49,955 bases of DNA from the IMG/VR virus record IMGVR_UViG_3300045988_130579; one strand, written 5' to 3'. This DNA comes from a virus. A model generated the notes under the pieces. The model had not been told where the DNA came from. It did not search any database and saw only the letters and a list, made by a program, of their open reading frames with translations. Shown one piece after another: positions 43,901 through 49,955 of this stretch. Position 1 is the stretch's first letter; every line of letters begins with the position of its first letter. The translations under genes and the position numbers were made by a program.

Positions 43901-45109
43901 CTAAGCGTCCAGCGCAACGACGGTTATGTTATCCTCGGACAAAACCGGGATTTCATCCGCAGGGATTTCAATGCTATCTACACGGCTGCCGCCGACAGGA
44001 TATTGAAGCTCCACGCCTACAAAATCATTTACACCCGTCTGGATTACGCTTTTATAAAAGCGGCTGGCGTACAAAACTTGTGCCATCTTGACGCGGCTAT
44101 AGTCGATAGTCTCGCCGTTGAAGTTGGCCAGCACGGCCTTTTTTATCAAGCTTTCATAATCTGTAGGCAGGGATAACGTTTTCCTGATAGTAACGTATAT
44201 ACCTATGTTGATAGTTTCGGGTATCTGGTAGTAGTACGTATTCTCGGCCTGCGTCGTTGGGTCGATAACATCGACTTTAGTGTTGCCGTTCGTTCCGCAG
44301 CCGCCGTCTATCTTTTGATGTATAGCGTTGCCGATGTCTTCCGGCTCGCCGCCGTACACACTAATATACAGGCTATGCGGCGATAAAGATACTCCCATTT
44401 TGGTGATGAAGTTATCGCCCCGGTTTTCGACTACCTCACAGGCTACAACGCCGTCAAGGTCGCTGACCGCTCCTTGTACTGCCGCCGCTGTGCCATGCGC
44501 GTTTTTCGATACGCTTTCAGCTCGCCGCTGCTCAAATTCGGCCTGCGTCTCGTTGTTTCTGCCGGTAACGCCAGAAGCGTCATTTGTTACACTGTCCCAG
44601 CCCGGTACCGCAGTGATGATTTTTGTAAGCGTATTCGGGCCTACTTCAATCGGTCCATACTGCGTACAGCGGAAAACCGCCGTAGCTGTGCCGTTCTCGT
44701 CAATGGTTGTAACAGTGGTATTTAAAAACGTGTACCCGTTCACGTCCTGTACCAGCGCGCCATAAGGTATTATAGTACCATAGGCGCCTTTGATGTTCCC
44801 TGTGACGTAAGTCGGTTGGGCGACGTGGCGGGTCAAGAAGTAAATGTTTGCCAGTGCGTCCTGAAAAACGCCCGCCGCCGTTTTGGGGTTTAGCTGGTTG
44901 GCCAGCGTGAGCAGTGCGCTATCTTTCTGGTTTATCAGAATTGCCTGACCGTCGATAAGCTGCCCGGCCGGGGTTTCGGTCTCGGTTTTAAGCAGTGGTT
45001 TTGTCGGGTCAACGGCAAAAGCTTTCTGCCATTGCTCAACCAGCCGCGCCCGAATGGTTGCCGTGTCTTCTACTACAATGCCGGTATCCGGGTTAAATGT
45101 TATTGCCAT
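43901..45109 (-). CDS. baseplate J-like protein (gp47/gpJ family)
   Basis: 402 aa; its size and position after the gp25-like gene fit the family. Confidence 0.6.
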   Translation of the reverse strand: MAITFNPDTGIVVEDTATIRARLVEQWQKAFAVDPTKPLLKTETETPAGQLIDGQAILINQKDSALLTLANQLNPKTAAGVFQDALANIYFLTRHVAQPTYVTGNIKGAYGTIIPYGALVQDVNGYTFLNTTVTTIDENGTATAVFRCTQYGPIEVGPNTLTKIITAVPGWDSVTNDASGVTGRNNETQAEFEQRRAESVSKNAHGTAAAVQGAVSDLDGVVACEVVENRGDNFITKMGVSLSPHSLYISVYGGEPEDIGNAIHQKIDGGCGTNGNTKVDVIDPTTQAENTYYYQIPETINIGIYVTIRKTLSLPTDYESLIKKAVLANFNGETIDYSRVKMAQVLYASRFYKSVIQTGVNDFVGVELQYPVGGSRVDSIEIPADEIPVLSEDNITVVALDA

Positions 45110-45126
45110 TTTCGCAGCTCCTTTCT

Positions 45127-45720
45127 TTAAATCTGTATAGTGACATTCTTACTGTTAAGCGTCGTTATCTGCACTTCACCGCCATCTATGCGACCCTCGT
45201 TGTCGTAGTCTATAGCAACTTCTACATCCGTCACGCCGTATATTTCGCTGACAATATCTTTTATCCGGCTTCTAAGTACCGACGCCGATACAGAAGATTT
45301 TTTGCCAAGCGTGATATCAAAGTACGGAATGCCGCGCGTCATATCTAGCGGCGCGTCTTCGTAGAACAGGCGGCAGGCGTTGGCTGCGTTCTGTGCGACT
45401 GCATAGTCGCCCGATGTAGTGGCGATATTCCCGGCGGCGTCGACAGCTACATCCCATGCGTTATTAAGATACAGCGTATAAGCGATAGGGTCGGTGTTCG
45501 CGTAAGGGTTGAGCACTTCCTCATACTTACCGCTGACAATGATAGGTTCTGTTACTACTGGCGGGACTGGCTCCGGTCTTGGCGGTTCCAATACTTCAAT
45601 TTCAAGCGTGTACGTGTTTTCGTTGTCGATTGAGCTTTGAATGCCCTCGAAGCGGAAGGGACCCAACACGGCCGGGGCCAGCTGCTCGAATGTAAACTCA
45701 AGCGTCTTTTCATCGTTCAT
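45127..45720 (-). CDS. baseplate wedge protein (gp25/gpW-like)
   Basis: The C-terminal RSRIKDIVSEIYGVTDVEVAIDYDNEGRIDGGEVQITT resembles the GPW_gp25 fold. Internal ATG with a GGTGATGG RBS. Confidence 0.5.
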   Translation of the reverse strand: MNDEKTLEFTFEQLAPAVLGPFRFEGIQSSIDNENTYTLEIEVLEPPRPEPVPPVVTEPIIVSGKYEEVLNPYANTDPIAYTLYLNNAWDVAVDAAGNIATTSGDYAVAQNAANACRLFYEDAPLDMTRGIPYFDITLGKKSSVSASVLRSRIKDIVSEIYGVTDVEVAIDYDNEGRIDGGEVQITTLNSKNVTIQI

Positions 45721-45731
45721 ACCATCACCGC

Positions 45732-45959
45732 CTAGCTGTTTTTGCAAAAATTGATAAAGTCTTCCGGCGGATTGGTGATATAGTATTCTCGGCCGTTTTT
45801 GGTTTTAATATAGTAATGGTCGAGCTTTAACTTTTTCCCCGCCTTTTCCGGGTTATCGTGATAAAACGTTTCTTTCAGCTTGAATACATCAATGCCGCCG
45901 TCAGCTGTGATATACGCTTTAAGCTCGTCGATATACTCCAGCAGCTCCGGTTTAATCAT
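45732..45959 (-). CDS. hypothetical protein (75 aa)
   Basis: ORF track. Confidence 0.45.
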   Translation of the reverse strand: MIKPELLEYIDELKAYITADGGIDVFKLKETFYHDNPEKAGKKLKLDHYYIKTKNGREYYITNPPEDFINFCKNS

Positions 45960-46251
45960 TGATATTCACCGCCTCAAAAAAACGATTAAACTGCGCCGGA
46001 CTGAACGCGTCAATTCTCATGTTTTCCGTATCCAGCGTGATATAGTCGCCAACTCTGATATGCGTTCTTTCCAGCTCTAGGCCGCAGTTCTCGAAGTGGT
46101 CAAGGTAAAGCTCTGGACCGATGAAAAACAGCTCGTCACGTTCAAACGCCTGCTGCACCCATTCGGGGCAGTAGTACCCATCGGAGTTTTTCAAATCCCC
46201 GTCAAACTGATACGCCTTGAACCTCTTAGCCAGATGATATAGTTTCTCCAT
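45952..46251 (-). CDS. hypothetical protein (99 aa)
   Basis: ORF track. Confidence 0.45.
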   Translation of the reverse strand: MEKLYHLAKRFKAYQFDGDLKNSDGYYCPEWVQQAFERDELFFIGPELYLDHFENCGLELERTHIRVGDYITLDTENMRIDAFSPAQFNRFFEAVNIND

Positions 46252-46264
46252 TTCTGCACTCTCC

Positions 46265-46642
46265 CTAAATCGTTGTAGTTGTTTCGAGGTATTTAATAAG
46301 CAGCGTGTTTAATATAGTCTGGTTGTATTCCGCGCCGTCTGGTATGTTGATTTTTACATAGAAAAGTGTGTTGATGTCTCCTACCTGCGGAATGTTGATA
46401 GCGTCGCGCCATACTATGTTATTAGGCGACAGCTTCACCCAGTCCGGATTAGTACCGGCCACGCTGATAGCTATTTCGTAGGCGTGCTTTCCGTTTGGGC
46501 AACGCAGGGCATACGCTACCGGGTCGCCTAGTGCGCCCTTTTCCCCTGCGTACTTTAGCGGGTTCGTCGTTGATAGCAGGGCGCCGTCTGTGGCTCCGGC
46601 GGTGACTGTCCCGCCATAAAGTCCTAGTTGTGCCATTGTCAA
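46265..46642 (-). CDS. structural protein (125 aa), the first gene of the baseplate operon
   Basis: ORF track. Confidence 0.45.
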   Translation of the reverse strand: MTMAQLGLYGGTVTAGATDGALLSTTNPLKYAGEKGALGDPVAYALRCPNGKHAYEIAISVAGTNPDWVKLSPNNIVWRDAINIPQVGDINTLFYVKINIPDGAEYNQTILNTLLIKYLETTTTI

Positions 46643-46720
46643 AACCTCTCTTTCTTCGATATTGGCGGCGCCCGCACTGGCGGCACCGCTCCCAAGTCGT
46701 GAAAAATTTTCACAAGTTCA

Positions 46721-46749
46721 TTGATTTCTGGTTTTAAGTCTGCTATAAT
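46721..46749 (+). promoter_or_regulatory. plus-strand promoter (TTGATT-17-TATAAT)
   Basis: Read directly from the sequence. Confidence 0.5.
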
Positions 46750-46755
46750 AATCAC

Positions 46756-46866
46756 GGTACAACAAAACTTCTTATCTCGACGACACGGGGCGAAAAGAAC
46801 TGTGTTTGTTTTGTGGCTTGCCACAGCTGGAAGGCGCCTGATTAGTCAGGCGCTTTTCTGTTTTTA
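46756..46866 (+). ncRNA. candidate small RNA 1 (~105 nt) ending at the terminator AGGCGCCTGA-tta-TCAGGCGCT plus a T-run
   Basis: A promoter-terminator unit with no ORF. Confidence 0.35.
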
Positions 46867-46869
46867 TTG

Positions 46870-46898
46870 TTTACATTATATCACACATTTGGTATAAT
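46870..46898 (+). promoter_or_regulatory. plus-strand promoter (TTTACA-17-TATAAT)
   Basis: Read directly from the sequence. Confidence 0.6.
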
Positions 46899-46904
46899 GA
46901 GACT

Positions 46905-46982
46905 GCAATCAAAATACATCACCTTTCTTAAATCAGTGACGCGATTTAGAAAACAAAGAGGCGGCCGGAAGGCTGCTTTTTT
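46905..46982 (+). ncRNA. candidate small RNA 2 (~80 nt) ending at GCGGCC-ggaa-GGCTGC plus T6
   Basis: A promoter-terminator unit with no ORF. Confidence 0.3.
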
Positions 46983-46983
46983 G

Positions 46984-47012
46984 TTGCCATTTTTCTGATG
47001 AAGAGGTATAAT
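46984..47012 (+). promoter_or_regulatory. plus-strand promoter (TTGCCA-17-TATAAT)
   Basis: Read directly from the sequence. Confidence 0.6.
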
Positions 47013-47018
47013 ATATAT

Positions 47019-47115
47019 GAGCATAAGCTCTCTTCTACCTACACCTTTTTCAATATATTTATTCCATCCTGACCCTAAAACAAAAAGACTGCCGAACGTT
47101 GGCAGTCTTTTTGTT
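47019..47115 (+). ncRNA. candidate small RNA 3 (~95 nt) ending at a bidirectional terminator (GACTGCC...GGCAGTC)
   Basis: Promoter-terminator unit. The only ATG-led frame has no SD and reads through the terminator. Confidence 0.3.
47084..47115. terminator. bidirectional intrinsic terminator
   Basis: aaaaagactgccgaacgttggcagtctttttgtttt. Confidence 0.8.
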
Positions 47116-47118
47116 TTG

Positions 47119-47232
47119 TCATTTTGCAGTTGCAACGCCAGCAGCGGCACCCAGCATAAAAGCCACGGCCATGAAGAACACTAAATTCATAATCATACCG
47201 TTAGCTTTCAGAAGGTTAAAAAACTCTTTCAT
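47119..47232 (-). CDS. 37-aa hydrophobic peptide
   Basis: AAAGGAGCTGATACT RBS. The terminator follows immediately. Confidence 0.45.
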   Translation of the reverse strand: MKEFFNLLKANGMIMNLVFFMAVAFMLGAAAGVATAK

Positions 47233-47261
47233 AGTATCAGCTCCTTTGCGTGTTGGTTTAG

Positions 47262-47459
47262 TTAATTATACCACACGCAGCGGGGTTGCTTTTTCCGGCT
47301 GGCTGATTCAAACACTGCTATCTGATACCAGATAAAGCAGCATTGCGCCGCAAAGATTAGTAACTGTGCTTCGTATTTTTCCATATGGTCATAACGGACT
47401 ATAACCGTTGTTAAAAATATCTGACTGACCAGCACCAATAAAAACGAAACCGGTATCAT
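47262..47459 (-). CDS. 65-aa membrane protein (start at the internal ATG with a GAGGAGG RBS)
   Basis: A strong RBS at the internal Met. The upstream part of the track ORF has none. Confidence 0.5.
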   Translation of the reverse strand: MIPVSFLLVLVSQIFLTTVIVRYDHMEKYEAQLLIFAAQCCFIWYQIAVFESASRKKQPRCVWYN

Positions 47460-47554
47460 TTTTACCTCCTCATAGCTTCTGCGTTGACCGCTGACGGGTT
47501 TTATTACAGGTTTGCTATAGTTTGCCTTTGTCAAAAAGTTTGGCGGCTTAAAAC

Positions 47555-47962
47555 TCAAAAATGAATTTTCGCAACTTGTTCTTTAACTCCATTAGTAACG
47601 ATGTAATAATCTGGCAGCGTTACACCTGCGTTTTTAACAAGCTTCATGTAACTTAAAACTCCACGAATACCGTCAATGTACATAAAAACTTTAGCTTCGT
47701 GTTCTTTGTCTGTATATAGTAGTTCAGTGCAATCATGGTTAAGGTCTCTAATATATCCCCGTTTCGGGATGTATATGTATAAAACATCCCGACGCTGGTT
47801 ATATTCCCGTGCGTCTTCGTCTTCTGACTTTCCCAGCTTCTTCTTGATAAACTGGAAGGCCTTGACGCCCGCCATGACATACAGCGCCCCTATGGCTACT
47901 GTAACTATGACGCACAGTGGCGTTATAAAAACCAGCACTGCTAATTCCTGTAATTTGTCCAT
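47555..47962 (-). CDS. membrane-anchored small protein, a paralogue of 27236..27595
   Basis: N-terminal transmembrane helix, shared core motif. Confidence 0.55.
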   Translation of the reverse strand: MDKLQELAVLVFITPLCVIVTVAIGALYVMAGVKAFQFIKKKLGKSEDEDAREYNQRRDVLYIYIPKRGYIRDLNHDCTELLYTDKEHEAKVFMYIDGIRGVLSYMKLVKNAGVTLPDYYIVTNGVKEQVAKIHF

Positions 47963-47964
47963 GC

Positions 47965-48222
47965 TTAATCTCCTTCAAGGGTAAACTTGTTGCCTACTGG
48001 TACTATGCGAACTTCTTCAACAACGCCGCCAGTTAGCTTAACTTCATCCAAAATATACTCTTCGCCGTTTTCATCCGTCCTTATATCGCGAACAATGTTG
48101 CACTTATGGCCTTCAAGCTCTATAACTCGCTGACCGCATTTGTTTTCTCTAATGCTTGTTACAAGGTACTTACGGCCTGTTATACAGCTAGCTGCAATGT
48201 CATTCTCTTTAAATTTCAACAT
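47965..48222 (-). CDS. hypothetical protein (85 aa, start at the internal ATG with an AAGGAAGG RBS)
   Basis: ORF-track entry 47965..48315. The N-terminal extension is poly-Leu and has no RBS. Confidence 0.45.
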   Translation of the reverse strand: MLKFKENDIAASCITGRKYLVTSIRENKCGQRVIELEGHKCNIVRDIRTDENGEEYILDEVKLTGGVVEEVRIVPVGNKFTLEGD

Positions 48223-48345
48223 CTTTTTCGCCTTCCTTTTATCACTGGCCATTTCCAAAACGGAAACAACCAGTTTGAGTAATAACAGGAGCAGGGCTTC
48301 TGCCCTGCTATGCATTAATTCATTGGTTTCATTTACTGTTCTCCT

Positions 48346-48597
48346 TTATTTGAACAAGGTTTCTTCTAACATTTTTCTTTTCAGAACAGATGGACGTCGC
48401 GGTTTATATCGTCTATCCCCTATCGGATCTAACACATCTACTGCACAAAAGCAAAAATCTTTGCATTTATTGACACGCTTTAATTTTTCTATTGGCAATA
48501 TAGCATTTATGCTTGTGTTCGGAATTGCTTTAGCGTCACAATAATAAATATCGCCTGCATCCATACAGTTACTACAATAACGACAGTATTGCTTCAT
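48346..48597 (-). CDS. Cys-rich zinc-binding-like protein (83 aa)
   Basis: CRYCSNC...C...C motifs. The ATG follows a GGAGTGG RBS contributed by repeat copy B. Confidence 0.5.
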   Translation of the reverse strand: MKQYCRYCSNCMDAGDIYYCDAKAIPNTSINAILPIEKLKRVNKCKDFCFCAVDVLDPIGDRRYKPRRPSVLKRKMLEETLFK

Positions 48598-48600
48598 GCA

Positions 48601-48716
48601 TTACCACTCCAATCTTATATTTAAAAGGCCGCCCCCTACGGGCTAATCACCTCCGCAGGGGTATACTTCCCTTTATGCTTGTATATAGTTAGTATGCGCG
48701 GCCGTTTTAACTAAAA
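48601..48716. repeat. ~115-bp structured repeat, copy B (full length)
   Basis: Matches 49871-49955 plus 1-76. Confidence 0.9.
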
Positions 48717-49415
48717 TAAAATCTGTTGCGCATCTTCCAGCGCAAATCGCCGTTCTAGTTGCTCGACCGAATAATCAGGCTTAAATTTGTATTCTACCCG
48801 GCTGTCCATATCAAGCAACTCCTGCCACAGTTCCGGGTAATGCTTTCTTAGCGTCCGCAGTTCGCTCAACCTCTGCAGAGGGCAGCACCAGCAGGATACA
48901 CGTCTGAAATGCTCATATAAGCCACCCCAGTCAAAGCCCCTATCATAACAGTATTGCAATGCCTGTTTCTCGGTTATACCCCAATCAAACAGCGGGTGCA
49001 CCGTATTTTTAGGTATGTTCTTGTGTCGCTTAGGTTCGTCGGCCGCTATGCCGATGTAGGATATATAGTTATTAACTCCGATCTCCCGCAAGTATTTATT
49101 TGTTGGCTCCTGCTTTAGCAGCCTTGTACACCAACGCACCCACATCCTGGCCCAGCCGTAGCCTTTGCGGTGTATGTTTTTACCTTTTACTTTGACGTGT
49201 TCAGCGAAATAATAATCAAAAGACTTTTCTGCTCGCAAAACTGTAATAGCTCTGCCAATATGCCGCTCGACTTTTGAAATATGATCATACATCTGCGGGA
49301 ACTCCTTGCCAGTGTCGCAATATATGATTTCATCTACCGGCATATCCCGCTCAAGCATCATAAGCAGCATAGCTGTGCTGTCTTTGCCACCCGAAAATTG
49401 GACTATATGCTTCAT
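48711..49415 (-). CDS. phosphoadenosine phosphosulfate (PAPS) reductase-family PP-loop protein
   Basis: N-terminal SGGKDS PP-loop. Cys cluster SCWCCP near the C-terminus. Confidence 0.75.
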   Translation of the reverse strand: MKHIVQFSGGKDSTAMLLMMLERDMPVDEIIYCDTGKEFPQMYDHISKVERHIGRAITVLRAEKSFDYYFAEHVKVKGKNIHRKGYGWARMWVRWCTRLLKQEPTNKYLREIGVNNYISYIGIAADEPKRHKNIPKNTVHPLFDWGITEKQALQYCYDRGFDWGGLYEHFRRVSCWCCPLQRLSELRTLRKHYPELWQELLDMDSRVEYKFKPDYSVEQLERRFALEDAQQILF

Positions 49416-49424
49416 AACGTCACC

Positions 49425-49883
49425 TCAAAATAGTCTTACCGGTTCATTCTGCGCCGCTTGCCAAGGCCTATAATCCGACCATGAGCACGCCCTGTGAATC
49501 CGTCCGTTGACCCACCTTGCAAAATGTTTCAGCCTGCTATCACCTGCTTGATTGTAAATCATCACATACGGTCTTATCCTAAGCTCATCTAAAACCCTAA
49601 ACCGATACATATCTTCGGCAAACGTAGTGTTATAACCAACCAGCATAAAACACATATGCCGGTACGGTTTAACGTATTTGCTCAGCAGTGCTATTCCACC
49701 AAGCACCTGCTGTTCAAAGCCCATTAAGTCCCAAGCGTAGTGAATACTACGCAGATGTTTGAGTTCCGTCAAAGCCTGCAGAAGTACTGACTTTAATACC
49801 GGTATATATTGATCCTCCGGCTCATCTTTAATCATTGCCATCATGGCTTTTATATCCAAGGATTTCACATTTAACCACTCCAA
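49425..49883 (-). CDS. hypothetical protein (152 aa), co-transcribed with the PAPS reductase-like gene
   Basis: ORF track. GGAGTGG RBS from repeat copy C. Confidence 0.5.
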   Translation of the reverse strand: MEWLNVKSLDIKAMMAMIKDEPEDQYIPVLKSVLLQALTELKHLRSIHYAWDLMGFEQQVLGGIALLSKYVKPYRHMCFMLVGYNTTFAEDMYRFRVLDELRIRPYVMIYNQAGDSRLKHFARWVNGRIHRACSWSDYRPWQAAQNEPVRLF

Positions 49884-49955
49884 ACTTATATTTAAAAGGC
49901 CCCCCTACGGGCTAATCACCTCCGCAGGGGTATACTTCCCTTTATGCTTGTATAT
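49871..49955. repeat. ~115-bp structured repeat, copy C, truncated by the window end. The last 45 nt match window positions 1-45.
   Basis: Direct comparison of the loci. Confidence 0.9.

Noticed and set aside
46639-46824. 61-aa minus-strand ORF upstream of the baseplate operon
   Set aside because: It overlaps the plus-strand promoter and small-RNA unit, has no RBS, and has a Cys/Arg-rich composition.
47099-47335. 78-aa plus-strand ORF, and a longer ATG-led frame from 47027
   Set aside because: It reads through a strong bidirectional terminator and has no SD. The better-supported calls here are the minus-strand 37-aa peptide and the candidate small RNA.
1-49955. Integrase, excisionase, tRNA genes and CRISPR arrays
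   Set aside because: Scanned both strands. No tyrosine- or serine-recombinase-like ORF was found, no tRNA T-loop (GTTCGAATCC) or cloverleaf candidate, and no repeat-spacer array.

Overview
The window is a near-complete, possibly complete, ~49.9-kb genome of a tailed dsDNA phage with a contractile tail (sheath, tube, baseplate J/W/V-like genes). Almost all genes are on the minus strand. The last 45 nt (49911-49955) repeat nt 1-45, which fits a circularly closed or terminally redundant assembly. The layout, in minus-strand order, is as follows. Genes 49883->47119 are small accessory genes plus a PAPS-reductase-like gene. Genes 46642->39556 form the baseplate wedge and tail fibre module. Genes 39540->23391 form the early region, built from operons that each start at a near-identical consensus sigma70 promoter and end at an intrinsic terminator. 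The early region includes dUTPase, small zinc-ribbon proteins including a Lar-family member, an XRE-type regulator with divergent promoters, a plus-strand Rad52-like annealing protein cassette, and a lysis cassette (membrane protein, amidase, spanin-like protein). It also includes a plus-strand moron carrying RusA. Genes 23262->5861 form the packaging, head, tail and baseplate hub module: terminase small and large subunits, portal, Mu F-like protein, protease/scaffold, Mu gpT-like capsid, sheath, tube, a chaperone with a -1 frameshift, tape measure and spike. Genes 5756->2749 form a five-gene cassette of diverse small tail-tip proteins. All five share an M[FIL]NRRLL N-terminus and each carries a poly-G tract. 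Genes 2336->70 are small genes, a hexapeptide-repeat protein and a DNA methyltransferase. No integrase, tRNA or CRISPR array was seen. I cannot assign a host; the overlapping spanin-like ORFs hint at a diderm one. Several repeated regulatory elements stand out. A ~115-bp structured repeat occurs three times. A 16-bp palindrome occurs three times. A ~70-bp bipartite late-region repeat occurs twice. Three tandem promoter-terminator mini-units with no coding capacity lie on the plus strand. The most striking feature is the five-gene tail-tip cassette. Two of its genes are in frame (ON) and three are out of frame (OFF) in this sequence, each OFF gene restorable by a single G, pointing to phase-variable or error-prone homopolymers that control expression of alternative receptor-binding proteins.
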